Source of the DNA: Patescibacteria group bacterium
GTDB taxonomy: Bacteria > Patescibacteriota > Saccharimonadia > Saccharimonadales > 2-12-FULL-41-12
DNA: 64,000 nucleotides
Direction of reading: 5' to 3'
NCBI GenBank assembly: GCA_038064875.1
Contig: JBBTSC010000001.1
Coordinates: 187,004-251,003 of the forward strand
Part shown: positions 43,041 through 53,782 of the stretch, in pieces
Position numbering within the stretch: position 1 is the stretch's first letter
How the letters are laid out: every line of letters begins with the position of its first letter
Translations under genes and position numbers: made by a program
The notes under the pieces: model-generated
Database searches by the model: none
Told to the model about the DNA's origin: nothing
The model's input: only the letters and a program-made list of their open reading frames with translations

Positions 43041-44003
43041 TTAAAACTCCAACTCTGCCATTTTGTCTTTGACTTCATCCAATGCTTTGCTGCCAAAGCC
43101 CTTGAGCTCTTTTAGATCAACATCACTTAGGTTGAATAAATCCTTTAGGGTATGAATGTCGTTATTAACAAGTGCGTTCGTTGTACGAGCAGATAAATTA
43201 AGATCTTCTATTGAAGTCATTAGCGCTGACTCACCGTCATCAAAGTCAGTGTCGGCTTCTGCTTGTGGGGCTCCGGCTGGAGCAGATGCGCTAAGCGCAG
43301 CAGTAGCTTCAACACGGGTTTGACCAGCAAGCGCGGTGTATTGGTTAATCAAAATTGCACTTGCTTCTTCAAATGCATCCTTTGCAGTGATACTTCCGTC
43401 TGTTTCGATAGTAATGATTAGCTTATCAAGATCTGTCATTTGTCCAACACGAGTGTTTTCTACCTTATATCGAACACGATGCACAGGTGTGAAAATAGCA
43501 TCAATAGAAACCAAGTCGCTAATAACTTTGTGTTTAGCATTTTCTTCTACACTCTTATAGCCACGCCCTGTTTCTACAATCAAATCAATAGCGACAGAAG
43601 CTTTGTCGTCACCAATTGTTGCGATTTTTTGCTCTGGGTTGACCACCTCAACATTAGCGTTCTTCTCAATATCTTTACCTGTGATATTGCCCTTACCTTT
43701 TTTGGTAAGTCGCAGTGTTTGTGGCTCGTCAGAGAAAACTCGGAATCTTAGCTTCTTAAGGCTTAGAATAATGTCAACAACGTCTTCTTGAACACCTTTG
43801 ATGGTTGTGAATTCGTGGCTAACACCATCGATTTTAAATCCTGTAATAGCTGCTCCTGATATAGAAGACAGTAGAACACGACGCAAACTGTTACCTAGAG
43901 TCATGCCGTAACCACTGTGTAGTGGCTCTATTGATAATGTAGCGTTAAAAGGTGATACCTCTTCTACTTTTACTACTCCTGGTGAATGAATTGTTTTGCT
44001 CAT
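43041..44003 (-). CDS. rpoA: DNA-directed RNA polymerase subunit alpha
   Basis: NTD has LGNSLRRVLLSSI. CTD has LNLSARTTNALVNNDIHTLKDL. Confidence 0.95.
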   Translation of the reverse strand: MSKTIHSPGVVKVEEVSPFNATLSIEPLHSGYGMTLGNSLRRVLLSSISGAAITGFKIDGVSHEFTTIKGVQEDVVDIILSLKKLRFRVFSDEPQTLRLTKKGKGNITGKDIEKNANVEVVNPEQKIATIGDDKASVAIDLIVETGRGYKSVEENAKHKVISDLVSIDAIFTPVHRVRYKVENTRVGQMTDLDKLIITIETDGSITAKDAFEEASAILINQYTALAGQTRVEATAALSASAPAGAPQAEADTDFDDGESALMTSIEDLNLSARTTNALVNNDIHTLKDLFNLSDVDLKELKGFGSKALDEVKDKMAELEF

Positions 44004-44025
44004 ATGCTCTTTGCTCCTATTAAAT

Positions 44026-44640
44026 TTATCGTGAGTAATACTCTACTATTAATTGCTCGTTAATGTCTGGTTCGGCTTCTTCGCGGGAAGGCGTACCTGT
44101 AACTGTAACTTCAAACTTTTTGCGATCGACTTTGATCCAAGCTGGTATTTCACTTGGTTTTGGACTGACGTCGTCTAATCTTTTAAAATAATCACTTTGT
44201 TTACTCTTGTCTCTGAGTTTTAATTCGTCACCTTCTTTAAGTCGAATAGATGGGATATCAATCCTATGACCATTAAGTTCAAAGTGTCCGTGAGTAACTA
44301 ACTGCCGGGCTGCTCTCCTAGAAATTGCAAAACCACTTCTATAGATAACGTTGTCAGCGCGTTGCTCTAAAAATCGTAGCAAGACCTGGCCTGACTGACC
44401 TTGGGTTCGAGAAGCCTCTTGCATAAGTCGACTGAATTGTTTTTCGAGTAGCCCATAAAGCCGTCTGACTTTTTGTTTTTCACGTAGTTGCAATGAATAC
44501 TGACTTGGTTTTGCACGGAATCTACCACTTGTTTGTCCTGGAGGACCAGGTCGTTTAACAAGTGCTTTGTGAGCTTTCGGGTGAAGCGCGTAGCCTTCAC
44601 GTCGACTCATTTTTACAATGGGGCTTCTATCTCTTGCCAT
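44026..44640 (-). CDS. rpsD: 30S ribosomal protein S4
   Basis: N-terminal MARDRSPIVKMSRREG and S4 RNA-binding domain RADNVIYRSGFAISRRAARQLV. Confidence 0.95.
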   Translation of the reverse strand: MARDRSPIVKMSRREGYALHPKAHKALVKRPGPPGQTSGRFRAKPSQYSLQLREKQKVRRLYGLLEKQFSRLMQEASRTQGQSGQVLLRFLEQRADNVIYRSGFAISRRAARQLVTHGHFELNGHRIDIPSIRLKEGDELKLRDKSKQSDYFKRLDDVSPKPSEIPAWIKVDRKKFEVTVTGTPSREEAEPDINEQLIVEYYSR

Positions 44641-45042
44641 CTAGACTCTCCTTGCCTTTCGTGGTCTACAACCACCGTGAGGAATGCCAGTAACGTCTTT
44701 AATAGACTCTACGGCAACATTTTCACTGATAAGAACACGTACAGGCGCTTCACGGCCAAGTCCAACACCTTTGATGCTGACATTAACCTTGCTGAGCCCA
44801 TATTGTTGCTTTGCTGACTGGATAGCTTTTTCCGCTGCTACTTGTGCCGCATAAGCTGTACCTTTTTTACTACCTCGGAAACCACACGCGCCAGCGCTTG
44901 CGTTAGTTAGAACACCGCCATTTGTATCTGTGATTGTAATAATTGTGTTATTGAATGACGCATAAACATGAAGTACCCCTGCAGATACTGTTCGCTTTGC
45001 TTTCTTCTTCTTTGTAGTAGTGGTTGGTTTATTATCTGCCAT
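44641..45042 (-). CDS. rpsK: 30S ribosomal protein S11
   Basis: ASFNNTIITITDTNG...GFRGSKKGT. Confidence 0.95.
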   Translation of the reverse strand: MADNKPTTTTKKKKAKRTVSAGVLHVYASFNNTIITITDTNGGVLTNASAGACGFRGSKKGTAYAAQVAAEKAIQSAKQQYGLSKVNVSIKGVGLGREAPVRVLISENVAVESIKDVTGIPHGGCRPRKARRV

Positions 45043-45048
45043 AATTGA

Positions 45049-45435
45049 TTAAGTTTTTGAAGCTACCTTCTTAGCTGTTCCACCAACTGTTGACTTCTTG
45101 CCACGTCGAGTACGGGCATTTGTCTTAGTCCTCTGTCCTCTTGAAGGAAGATTATTCTTGTGACGAATTCCCCTGTAAGCATTAATGTCTTTAAGTCGCT
45201 TGATATTACCGGTTACAATTCTTTGCAAATCACCCTCAACAACGTAGTCGTTGTTTATAACTTCTGAGATTCTTCCGATTTCATCGTCTGTTAAGCTCTT
45301 TACACGAACTGATTCGTCAATCTTTGCTTTTGCAAGTATCTCGGTTGAGTACTTTTTACCAATGCCGTAGACATAGGTAAGCGCGATAACAACACGTTTT
45401 TCAGATGGAATAGTGACTCCTGCAATTCTAGCCAT
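45049..45435 (-). CDS. rpsM: 30S ribosomal protein S13
   Basis: [26 protein letters not shown]. Confidence 0.95.
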   Translation of the reverse strand: MARIAGVTIPSEKRVVIALTYVYGIGKKYSTEILAKAKIDESVRVKSLTDDEIGRISEVINNDYVVEGDLQRIVTGNIKRLKDINAYRGIRHKNNLPSRGQRTKTNARTRRGKKSTVGGTAKKVASKT

Positions 45436-45437
45436 GC

Positions 45438-45554
45438 TTAACCTTGCCTCTGTTTGTGCTTCGGCTTAAGTTTGTTAATAACATAAACGCGTCCTTTTCG
45501 GCGGACGATTTTGTCATCTGAAGTTATCTTTTTTACACTTGCACGTACTTTCAT
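45438..45554 (-). CDS. rpmJ: 50S ribosomal protein L36
   Basis: Not in the ORF track (under 60 aa). Minus-strand ATG 45554 to TAA 45440-45438 translates [38 protein letters not shown]. Confidence 0.9.
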   Translation of the reverse strand: MKVRASVKKITSDDKIVRRKGRVYVINKLKPKHKQRQG

Positions 45555-45611
45555 ACGGACCTCGCACTTCCTTTCATGTTATGTGGTGAGCGTGGCACAC
45601 TGCTTAAATTG

Positions 45612-45833
45612 TTATGATACCCGATAGGTGATTCTGCCCTTAGAAAGATCATAAGGTGTCAACTCAACCTTAACGGTGTCACCAGGAACGAGTCGGATAT
45701 AATGTTTCCTCATCTTACCTGCGACGTGAGCTATAATTTGATGACCATTTTCAAGTTCTACCTTGAACTGCGTACCAGGTAGTGTCTCAACTATTTTCCC
45801 TGTGAGTTCAATAACTTCTTTATTCTTGACCAT
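45612..45833 (-). CDS. infA: translation initiation factor IF-1
   Basis: [45 protein letters not shown]. Confidence 0.95.
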   Translation of the reverse strand: MVKNKEVIELTGKIVETLPGTQFKVELENGHQIIAHVAGKMRKHYIRLVPGDTVKVELTPYDLSKGRITYRVS

Positions 45834-45852
45834 AAATATAACTAATCTAAAG

Positions 45853-45882
45853 ATTATATCAGAGAAGATACTCCTCTGTCAA
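45853..45882 (-). promoter_or_regulatory. consensus promoter upstream of infA (TTGACA-18-TATAAT)
   Basis: Minus strand: TTGACA at 45882-45877, an 18-nt spacer, TATAAT at 45858-45853. It lies 19 nt before the infA ATG, with no obvious Shine-Dalgarno sequence. Confidence 0.55.
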
Positions 45883-45910
45883 AGCTTTTTTAGTAGATTA
45901 ACACTAAAAT

Positions 45911-47401
45911 CTAACCTTTTGGTCTCTTAACTTTTGATGCTAGAGATTTTACTTTGGCAAGTCTAGACTTTTGGATCTCTGCTTCCTGGAAATAATCTGT
46001 GCCATCGTATTGATCATAGGTGATCATCAAAGCCCGTGACTCAATGTGACGCAATGTTTCAAGTGACACAGCTACAAAAATCAATATACTTGTTCCGCTA
46101 ACTGCTAGGTTGTTGCCTAGGAATATCTCACCAAATATCGGCACGACCGCCAAAAGTCCAATAGCAATCGCACCAAACAGGGTCAACCTCATGACAACTG
46201 AACTCAAGTATTTTTCTGTCTTTGGCCCACTTCGTACACCAGAGATGAATCCACCTTGTTTTTGTAGATTCTCAGCTATTTCTTTGGCATTGAAAGCAAT
46301 ACTGGTGTAAAAGAACGTAAAGAGAAATACTAATAAGAAATAGGCCACTGGATAAATATATGAAGTTATATCACCAGCCTGGAAAGTTTGGGCATTTGGT
46401 GTCTGGAAAATTTGTACCAAATTTGCCCCCAATTCTTGCAAATTCTGACTCTTACTGCTCGAGAGGATTTGCCCCACAAACGTAGGAAGGCTCAAAAAAG
46501 CTACAGCAAAAATTATCGGTACGACACCTGCAGTAATTAGTTTTATCGGAAGTACTGTGGTTACCCCACCGTATTCTCGACTACCTTTTACTCTCTTGGC
46601 ATATGAAATTGTCAAATTACGCCTTGCTTCGTTCAATTTCACGACTAGAACCAGGACTATTAGTATGCTGACTACAACAATGGTGGACGTTATCAGAGCC
46701 TGTCTAGAAAGTGGCAAATTCATACCGAGGAGCGTAGTAGTCTCATTAGAGCTAAATACAGAACTAATTAAGCTTGCAGTGGCTTGAGGTAATGAACTGA
46801 TAATGCTCACTGTTATAAGTAGAGATATACCATTTCCAATGTTTTGTTCTGTTATCAGCTCACCAAGCCACATCATAATCATTGATCCACCAGTTAGAGC
46901 TGCCACCATCAGTATCCACTGAGACAACGATGCATTAGCTGTGATATCTCCAAGCCCTGCTACGCTAGCTGCTTGCTGTCTAACAAGATAGATTGTTCCG
47001 ATAGACTGAACTATAGCAAGTGGTAATGTCAACATACGAGTATATTGATTTATCTTCTTACGTCCAAATTCGCCTTCTTTATTGAGCTCTTCAAGTTTAG
47101 GTAGCGCCTTGGTCAGAAGTTGCATGATAATACTGGCGTTAATATACGGCCCAAGCCCAACTAACATAATAGAAAAGTTAGCAAGGGCTCCACCTGTTAG
47201 TACGTTAACGAAACTTAAAAACTGAGAAGTGTTTGTTGAAGTATAAAGTGAATCAAGGACTTGCCGAAGTGTTGCAGGGTCTCCAAGAGGTATAGGGATA
47301 TGCGCCATCACACGGTATACGAAGACTAGAGCAAGCACGGCAAATATGCGTTTTTGCATGTCTCTATCAGCAAAGGACTTCCAGATCAATTTCCAATTCA
47401 T
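45911..47401 (-). CDS. secY: preprotein translocase subunit SecY
   Basis: Ten-TM SecY pattern (LGPYINASIIMQLL, GGSMIMMWLGELITE). Start placed at ATG 47401 (MNWKLIWKSF). Confidence 0.95.
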   Translation of the reverse strand: MNWKLIWKSFADRDMQKRIFAVLALVFVYRVMAHIPIPLGDPATLRQVLDSLYTSTNTSQFLSFVNVLTGGALANFSIMLVGLGPYINASIIMQLLTKALPKLEELNKEGEFGRKKINQYTRMLTLPLAIVQSIGTIYLVRQQAASVAGLGDITANASLSQWILMVAALTGGSMIMMWLGELITEQNIGNGISLLITVSIISSLPQATASLISSVFSSNETTTLLGMNLPLSRQALITSTIVVVSILIVLVLVVKLNEARRNLTISYAKRVKGSREYGGVTTVLPIKLITAGVVPIIFAVAFLSLPTFVGQILSSSKSQNLQELGANLVQIFQTPNAQTFQAGDITSYIYPVAYFLLVFLFTFFYTSIAFNAKEIAENLQKQGGFISGVRSGPKTEKYLSSVVMRLTLFGAIAIGLLAVVPIFGEIFLGNNLAVSGTSILIFVAVSLETLRHIESRALMITYDQYDGTDYFQEAEIQKSRLAKVKSLASKVKRPKG

Positions 47402-47530
47402 AGATTTATACCCTCGAACATTGTCTATTATTATATACAAGTTCTGGCTTAAATCTAAATGTAATTTTTACCAACAAATAGCTGTTTTGTTGGTTGGGGT
47501 ATTGTTATTTGAGCTAAAGCAGGCTTTGGA

Positions 47531-47998
47531 CTAAGACTTTTTTGATGTCTTAGGACGAGGATTTTGTGGTATTTGGACAAAAGTACCACCAGCTTTTTCA
47601 ACAATAGCTTTTGCTGAAGTACTAGCACCTTGGAGTTTAACCTCGACTGCAGTCTTGATATCTTTATCAGCGATTAGTTTTACCTTTGAAAATGGGTGAG
47701 GTACTAGGCCTTTTTCAGTTAAAACGAAGTTGTCGACTTTTTTAAGTTTTAGCTCGTCAAGCTCTGAAGTCTTGATGTTATGTGCCTTTGGTCTATGAGA
47801 AGTAAAACCTCGAAGTTTTGGCAATCGCATGTAAAGTGGCATCTGCCCACCTTCGAAACCAGGTCTTACGCCACCGCTCTTTCTTGAGCCCTGACCCTTG
47901 GTTCCACGACCAGCCGTTTTGCCACGACCTGCTGAAATACCACGACCAGCGCGGATAGATGATTTGTTCTTAGTGATTTTAAGATCTGAAAATTTCAT
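47531..47998 (-). CDS. rplO: 50S ribosomal protein L15
   Basis: GRGISAGRGKTAGRGTKGQ. Confidence 0.95.
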   Translation of the reverse strand: MKFSDLKITKNKSSIRAGRGISAGRGKTAGRGTKGQGSRKSGGVRPGFEGGQMPLYMRLPKLRGFTSHRPKAHNIKTSELDELKLKKVDNFVLTEKGLVPHPFSKVKLIADKDIKTAVEVKLQGASTSAKAIVEKAGGTFVQIPQNPRPKTSKKS

Positions 47999-48645
47999 TA
48001 TTTCTTGTCCTTTTTAGTTGCAGGTTTTGATGTCTTTTTAGCAGTAGCCGTTTTCTTTGCTGGTGCTTTCTTTTTCTCAGTAGCTGGCTTCTTGTCTTCT
48101 GCTTTAGGAGCTTCTACCTTTTCTACTTTTTTAGTACGTACGCGCCTCTGCGGTTGAACAATCCACTCTGAGCGTGGTTTTACAGATTTTAATGCCTCTA
48201 GTGTTGCGTAAGCAATATTGATCTTGTTTGAAGAACCAATTGATTTACTGAGGGCATTCTGGATACCTGCTACTTCTAGGACGATACGAACAACTCCTCC
48301 GGCGATAAGACCGGTACCTGGGCTTGCAGGCATAATTAAGATGTTTGCGCCACTGACTTTGGCTTGGGCTTCATGAGGAAAAGTACCATCTTCAATGACT
48401 ATCGTGTGGAGATTTTTCTTAGCAACTTGAGTAGCTTTGGAAACAGCTGCGGTGACATCTGCGCCTTTTGATACACCAATGCCTACTTGACCTTTTTTGT
48501 CACCAACTACGACAAGTGCTCTGAATCGGAATCTTCGTCCGCCCTTTACAACACGTGCAACACGGTCGATATTAACAACTTTTTCCTCATAAGGATTTTC
48601 GCCTGCTAGTAAATCTGGGTTATTTTGCGGTTGTGCTATAGCCAT
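47998..48645 (-). CDS. rpsE: 30S ribosomal protein S5 with a Lys/Ala/Pro-rich C-terminal tail
   Basis: VVNIDRVARVVKGGRRFRFRALVVVGD. Start placed at ATG 48645, directly after the rplR stop. Confidence 0.95.
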   Translation of the reverse strand: MAIAQPQNNPDLLAGENPYEEKVVNIDRVARVVKGGRRFRFRALVVVGDKKGQVGIGVSKGADVTAAVSKATQVAKKNLHTIVIEDGTFPHEAQAKVSGANILIMPASPGTGLIAGGVVRIVLEVAGIQNALSKSIGSSNKINIAYATLEALKSVKPRSEWIVQPQRRVRTKKVEKVEAPKAEDKKPATEKKKAPAKKTATAKKTSKPATKKDKK

Positions 48646-48646
48646 G

Positions 48647-49000
48647 TTAGAACTCCAATCCTTCTTTACGTGCACCATCTGCTAGAGCTTTTACTCGTCC
48701 ATGGAACAATTTTGAACCTCTGTCGAAAGCTACTTTTTTAACTTTTTTAGCTTTTGCTTTCTTTGCAACATCCTGACCTATGGCAGTCGCCTTTTCAGTC
48801 ATAGTTCCAGTCAGCTTTGAGCCTTTTGTTGTCGCACTCGCTAATGTTTTTTGCTTTTCATCATCAATAATTTGAACTGAAATATGCTGGTTGCTAACGC
48901 TAACAGACATTCTAGGTCGCTCAGATGTGCCTACAACCTTTGACCGAACTTTGATAGCTCGTCTTTTTGCGTGTTTTACTTTATTCAATATTCTATTCAT
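48647..49000 (-). CDS. rplR: 50S ribosomal protein L18
   Basis: [18 protein letters not shown]...[23 protein letters not shown]-like L18 pattern, at the spc-operon position. Confidence 0.95.
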   Translation of the reverse strand: [117 protein letters not shown]

Positions 49001-49009
49001 AATCTAACC

Positions 49010-49549
49010 TTATTTATCCTTACCAGACTTACCACTTTTACGGATAATCTTCTCATCAATATACTTAATACCTTTGCCCTTATATGGCTCTGGCTTCTTA
49101 AGTGCACGAATTTCAGCTGCTACTTGTCCAACTTGTTGTTTACTGATGCCTGAAATGGTGATCAAGTTTTGCTTAACTTCAGCCTTCACGTAATCAGGTA
49201 GTCGATAAACAACTTCGTGTGAAAAACCTAAGTTCATTTTAAGATCCTGACCTGCAAGTGCTACTCTAAATCCAACACCATTAACTTCTAGTTGCTTCTC
49301 GAACCCTTTAGTTACGCCAGTAACCATATTTTGGATCAATGATCTCATAAGACCATGTTTTGAACGATTTTCTCGTTCATCATTTTCTCTCGTGACGATG
49401 AGTTCACCGTCTTTTTGTTCTATTTTTATTCCTGGCACCGTAAACTGTTCGAGCTTGCCTTTTGGTCCTTCAACCTTAACAAAAGCATCGTCGACAGTGA
49501 TTGTCACACCAGGTTCAATCTTGATTGGTAGTTTTCCTATACGACTCAT
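49010..49549 (-). CDS. rplF: 50S ribosomal protein L6
   Basis: MSRIGKLPIKIEPGVTI. Confidence 0.95.
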   Translation of the reverse strand: MSRIGKLPIKIEPGVTITVDDAFVKVEGPKGKLEQFTVPGIKIEQKDGELIVTRENDERENRSKHGLMRSLIQNMVTGVTKGFEKQLEVNGVGFRVALAGQDLKMNLGFSHEVVYRLPDYVKAEVKQNLITISGISKQQVGQVAAEIRALKKPEPYKGKGIKYIDEKIIRKSGKSGKDK

Positions 49550-49570
49550 TTTATTCCTTAGTTAATTCCT

Positions 49571-49966
49571 TTAATATACTTCACAAATTAATTCACCACC
49601 GATATTAGTCTTCCTAGCTTCTGTTCCAGTCATAAGACCTTTTGAAGTAGAAACAATCACAATACCGCGACCTCTTTTTACAGTTGGGACTTGGTCGGCT
49701 TTAACATATTTTCGGCGTCCTGGCTTACTAACCCGAGCAATCTCTGTTATTCGCGCGTTAGTATTGTCAGAGTTGATATCGATAACAATTTTCTTATTTA
49801 TTCCTTCACCTTTTTCGCTAACTTTATCTAGAAAATTATTTTCTTTCAAGATTGTAGCAACTTGAAACTTAATAGAGGAATACGGCATTTCAACTTGAGT
49901 CTTTGAGACTAAAATTGCATTACGAATTCTTGTTAACATATCTGATATTGGGTCTGTAGATACCAT
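49571..49966 (-). CDS. rpsH: 30S ribosomal protein S8
   Basis: DPISDMLTRIRNA. Start placed at ATG 49966; the ORF-track start at 49981 is also possible. Confidence 0.93.
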   Translation of the reverse strand: MVSTDPISDMLTRIRNAILVSKTQVEMPYSSIKFQVATILKENNFLDKVSEKGEGINKKIVIDINSDNTNARITEIARVSKPGRRKYVKADQVPTVKRGRGIVIVSTSKGLMTGTEARKTNIGGELICEVY

Positions 49967-49974
49967 ATTACTCC

Positions 49975-50244
49975 TTACCAACTTGCCTTTGTTATACCAG
50001 GTATTTCACCCTTTGATGCATGCTCTCTAAAGCTAATTCTAGATAGTCCAAATGTCCGCATATAACCATGTGGTCGTCCGGTTTCGCTACAACGATTCTT
50101 GTGTCTGGATGGAGCACCATTACGCCTCATAAGATGCAATTTATCAAAATCACCAAGATCTTTAAGTTCTTGCCGTTTTTTAGCATCTTTTAAGATCATC
50201 TTCTTTCTTTTTTCGTCTCTAGCAACGATTGACTTCTTTGCCAT
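49975..50244 (-). CDS. rpsN: 30S ribosomal protein S14 (long form)
   Basis: [26 protein letters not shown]-type C-terminus. Confidence 0.95.
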   Translation of the reverse strand: MAKKSIVARDEKRKKMILKDAKKRQELKDLGDFDKLHLMRRNGAPSRHKNRCSETGRPHGYMRTFGLSRISFREHASKGEIPGITKASW

Positions 50245-50246
50245 GG

Positions 50247-50822
50247 TTATTTACCTTCCTTTTTGAACGGTACGCCAAGCTTAACCAAGAGAGCTTGCGC
50301 GTGTTCTTTATTATCTGCTTTAGTTACAATAACCACTTGAAGCCCGTGAGCTGTGGTTGTTTCTTCAAAACTTAGTTCAGGGAAAATTGACTGCTCTGTA
50401 ATTCCGATAGAATAATTACCCTGCTTATCAAAGGCTTTGTTTGATACACCGTGAAAGTCTCTTAGTCGAGGCAAGACGATGTTTACAAGCCTATCTAGAA
50501 ATTCATACATTCTGTCACCACGCAAAGTAACTTTCATACCAATTTTGTTACCTTCACGCAGTTTAAATGTCGCAATGTTAACCTTAGAATAAGTCATAAT
50601 AGGCTTTTGGCCGGTTATCTTCTCGAGTGTATTGGTAGCAACTTCGAACATTCTCTTGTCGTCTTTTGACTTACCTAGACCGATGTTAATAACAATCTTC
50701 TCAAGTGATGGAACCGCGTTTACATTAGCAAGACCAAGTTCTTTCTTTAGCTCCGCCTTATATGTATCATTGAACTCTTTCTTTAGACGAGGTGCGTATG
50801 TAGTTGTTTTTGAATCAACCAT
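50247..50822 (-). CDS. rplE: 50S ribosomal protein L5
   Basis: [13 protein letters not shown]...[21 protein letters not shown]. Confidence 0.95.
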   Translation of the reverse strand: MVDSKTTTYAPRLKKEFNDTYKAELKKELGLANVNAVPSLEKIVINIGLGKSKDDKRMFEVATNTLEKITGQKPIMTYSKVNIATFKLREGNKIGMKVTLRGDRMYEFLDRLVNIVLPRLRDFHGVSNKAFDKQGNYSIGITEQSIFPELSFEETTTAHGLQVVIVTKADNKEHAQALLVKLGVPFKKEGK

Positions 50823-51154
50823 TATTTGACCTCCTTGTTTGTGCGTTTGTAAATTCTTACTTTCACGCCTTCTTTACTGATCTTGTAACCAATTTTTGAA
50901 GGTTTCTTGCTAGTAGGCTCCTGGAGGGCAACTTTGCTAACCCAGATAGGTTTTGTTATTTCAACAATTCCACCTCTTGGTTGAGTCTTTGTCGGCTTTA
51001 TAGCCTTTTTCGCAATGTTGATGCCTTTTACGGTCACTTTATTCTCTTTAGGATGTGTCGCTTCAACTATTCCAGTCTTGCCCTTATCTTTACCAGCCAG
51101 AACAACGACTGTATCACCTTTTTTTAGTCTGATTTTGTATGCTTTGCTATCCAT
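50822..51154 (-). CDS. rplX: 50S ribosomal protein L24
   Basis: KOW motif LKKGDTVVVLAGKDKGKTG. Confidence 0.95.
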   Translation of the reverse strand: MDSKAYKIRLKKGDTVVVLAGKDKGKTGIVEATHPKENKVTVKGINIAKKAIKPTKTQPRGGIVEITKPIWVSKVALQEPTSKKPSKIGYKISKEGVKVRIYKRTNKEVK

Positions 51155-51156
51155 TT

Positions 51157-51525
51157 TTATAGTACCTCCGGCGCAAGGCTAATGATCTTGCTGAATCCCT
51201 GGTCTCGAAGCTCTCTTGGTACGGGACCAAAAATACGAGTACCACGTGGTTGCTTTTCTTCGTTGATTATCACAGCTGCATTATCATCAAACTTAATTGT
51301 TGATCCGTCTTTTCTCTTAATAGAGTTCTTGGTACGTACTACGACAGCTCGCACAACAGACTTTTTCTTAACGGTACCATTGGGTGCTGCCTGCTTGACA
51401 GTTGCGACAATAGTGTCACCAACCCCGGCATAGCGACGCCTTGTTCCACCAAGAACACGGATGCAAAGAATTTCTTTTGCTCCACTGTTATCACATACAG
51501 ATAGTCTAGTCTCTTGTTGGATCAT
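51157..51525 (-). CDS. rplN: 50S ribosomal protein L14
   Basis: [27 protein letters not shown]. Confidence 0.97.
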   Translation of the reverse strand: MIQQETRLSVCDNSGAKEILCIRVLGGTRRRYAGVGDTIVATVKQAAPNGTVKKKSVVRAVVVRTKNSIKRKDGSTIKFDDNAAVIINEEKQPRGTRIFGPVPRELRDQGFSKIISLAPEVL

Positions 51526-51812
51526 TCTTGTACCTCTTCCTGTTCTATAACAGCCTTATCCTCAGCAGTAAGGTCAGCATGGGAGAGAACTTCTTTTAAA
51601 ACAAATCGTTTTCTCTTAGAAATAGGCTTTGTCTCCATGATAGTAACTTTATCGCCTGGTTTAGCTTCATTCTTTTCATCATGAGCCATAATCTTGCTAG
51701 TTACAGAATATTGCTTTCTGTAAAGCGGATGTGTTTTTCGCACATGCATTTCAATGACAATAGTTTTGTCGGTCTTAGTTGACACTACAACTCCTGTTAA
51801 TATTTTTGCCAT
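51522..51812 (-). CDS. rpsQ: 30S ribosomal protein S17
   Basis: [27 protein letters not shown]. Confidence 0.95.
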   Translation of the reverse strand: MAKILTGVVVSTKTDKTIVIEMHVRKTHPLYRKQYSVTSKIMAHDEKNEAKPGDKVTIMETKPISKRKRFVLKEVLSHADLTAEDKAVIEQEEVQE

Positions 51813-52012
51813 TACACATTCTCCTTGGCTAGCTGTTCACGCATTACAGTGAGAACTCGTGCTAGATCTTTTCTTTTTTTTCTAATTACTCGGTTATTGG
51901 TTGTTTCGCCTAGGTGGACTCTTTTACGAGCATCAACAATTTCTGCACGCAGTTCATTTGAAGTCTTGATAAGCTCATCAACAGCCATTTTTCTGATTTC
52001 TATGACTTTCAT
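51812..52012 (-). CDS. rpmC: 50S ribosomal protein L29
   Basis: 66 aa: [20 protein letters not shown]. Lies between rplP and rpsQ. Confidence 0.93.
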   Translation of the reverse strand: MKVIEIRKMAVDELIKTSNELRAEIVDARKRVHLGETTNNRVIRKKRKDLARVLTVMREQLAKENV

Positions 52013-52425
52013 TGGTTTGTCTCCCTGACTATGAACTTAGTCTTGATAGGTAACTTATGGGAAGCTAATCGCATAGCTTCTTTAGCAATTTCCTCAGACA
52101 CACCTTCCATCTCGAACAAAATTGTTCCAGGCTTCACCTTTGCTACAAAGAACTCTGGCGAACCTTTACCGCCACCCATCTTAAGACCAACAGGCTTTTT
52201 GGTAACAGGTGTGTGTGGGAAAATTCTAATCCAAATCTTACCACCACGTTTGATGTAACGTGTCATGGCTTGACGAGATGCTTCAATCTGACGGCTGGTA
52301 ATTCGTTCGTGTCCTTGAGCTTGAAGTGCATACTGCCCGTATGCGATGTAGTTGCCAGAAGTAGCTGGGCCTCGAACTCGACCTTTCATCACTCTCCTGT
52401 GCTTCATTTTGTTTGGTAAAAGCAT
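52009..52425 (-). CDS. rplP: 50S ribosomal protein L16
   Basis: [16 protein letters not shown]...[10 protein letters not shown]-type motif ([13 protein letters not shown]). Confidence 0.97.
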   Translation of the reverse strand: MLLPNKMKHRRVMKGRVRGPATSGNYIAYGQYALQAQGHERITSRQIEASRQAMTRYIKRGGKIWIRIFPHTPVTKKPVGLKMGGGKGSPEFFVAKVKPGTILFEMEGVSEEIAKEAMRLASHKLPIKTKFIVRETNQ

Positions 52426-52427
52426 GA

Positions 52428-53057
52428 CTAGAGAGCCTCCCCTTTATAAATCCAAACTTTCACACCGATGATTCCAGCAGCAGTCTTAGCAGGAACAAAC
52501 GCGTAGTCAATATCTGCACGAATAGTGTGAAGTGGCACTGAGCCGAGAACTTCCTTTTCGCGACGTGACATTTCTGCTCCATTAAGCCGTCCAGCAACTT
52601 CAATACGTACACCCTTGGCTCCAGCACGCATAGTGGCTGCAGCTGATTGTTTGATAGCACGACGGAATGAAATCCTTCTAGCTAGCTGGTTCGCGATATT
52701 CTCAGCAACAAGTTTTGCGTAAAGTTCGCTTTTCTTGATTTCTTCAATATTGATGCGGGTGTTGATACCATAAATTGCTTGGATCTGATCTTTTAATTCC
52801 TGCACTCCAGCACCACCACGTCCGATGATAACACCAGCTTTAGCAGTAGAAATAGTAACAGTAATAAGACTTGGCGAACGTTCAATATCAACCTTGTTGA
52901 TTGCACCACGCATACCAATCTTGGTGTCGATCAATTTTCTGACTTTCAAATCTTGGGTTAGGTATGCAGCGTATTCGCGCTTTGATACGAACCACTTACT
53001 TCGCCAATCTTTATTGACTTGAAGGCGCATGCTGATAGGGTTTACTTTTTGTCCCAT
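52428..53057 (-). CDS. rpsC: 30S ribosomal protein S3
   Basis: [23 protein letters not shown], with a KH domain. Confidence 0.97.
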   Translation of the reverse strand: MGQKVNPISMRLQVNKDWRSKWFVSKREYAAYLTQDLKVRKLIDTKIGMRGAINKVDIERSPSLITVTISTAKAGVIIGRGGAGVQELKDQIQAIYGINTRINIEEIKKSELYAKLVAENIANQLARRISFRRAIKQSAAATMRAGAKGVRIEVAGRLNGAEMSRREKEVLGSVPLHTIRADIDYAFVPAKTAAGIIGVKVWIYKGEAL

Positions 53058-53506
53058 TATTTTGCCTCTTTCTTAGGTGTTTTCTTTACAGTCTTTTTGG
53101 CAACAGGTTTTGCAGTCTTCTTAGGCTCTGGTGCCTTAGTCTCAGCTTTTGCTTCAACTTTTTTAGCCCCACGAACTTCGCCGTCAACAAGCACAGTTAT
53201 ATGACTAGATTTTCTCTCAAACGGCAGGGCTCTTCCGTGTGCAGCAGGGCGATATCGCTTCAGCCTTGTGCCTGGAGTAACGCTAATGTGTGAAATTCGA
53301 AGAGTATCAGCTTTATAATTATGATTGTTCTCAGCATTTGCCCGTGCGCTTTCGATAGTCTTGCGAACAGCAGTACTTGAGCGCCTAGGTGTATGAGACA
53401 AAATAGTAATCGCATCTTCAACAGAGCGTCCTCTGACAAGTCCAGCAACGATGCCAACTTTTCGCGGACTAATCCGTACGTTTTTAGCGACTGCTTTAAC
53501 ACTCAT
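53057..53506 (-). CDS. rplV: 50S ribosomal protein L22 with a Lys-rich C-terminal tail
   Basis: VRISPRKVGIVAGLVRGRSVEDAITIL. Confidence 0.95.
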   Translation of the reverse strand: MSVKAVAKNVRISPRKVGIVAGLVRGRSVEDAITILSHTPRRSSTAVRKTIESARANAENNHNYKADTLRISHISVTPGTRLKRYRPAAHGRALPFERKSSHITVLVDGEVRGAKKVEAKAETKAPEPKKTAKPVAKKTVKKTPKKEAK

Positions 53507-53782
53507 CTATTTGCCACCTTTCGCAAGCTTACCACCGTGGCTTCGGAATTTACGAGTTGGCGCAAATTCTCCAAGTTTATGGCCAACCATATTTTCTGTG
53601 ATAAATACAGGTACGTGGACCTTGCCGTTATGTACAGCGATTGTTTTGCCGACAAATTCAGGTGGAATAGCAGAGTACCTGGCCCATGTTCGGATAACCG
53701 TTCGGTCTTCTTTTGCAAGAGCAGAAACTTTCTTAGCGAGCTTAGGGTCTATAAATGGTCCTTTTTTCAGTGATCTACTCAT
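53507..53782 (-). CDS. rpsS: 30S ribosomal protein S19
   Basis: [15 protein letters not shown]...[11 protein letters not shown]. Confidence 0.97.
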   Translation of the reverse strand: MSRSLKKGPFIDPKLAKKVSALAKEDRTVIRTWARYSAIPPEFVGKTIAVHNGKVHVPVFITENMVGHKLGEFAPTRKFRSHGGKLAKGGK

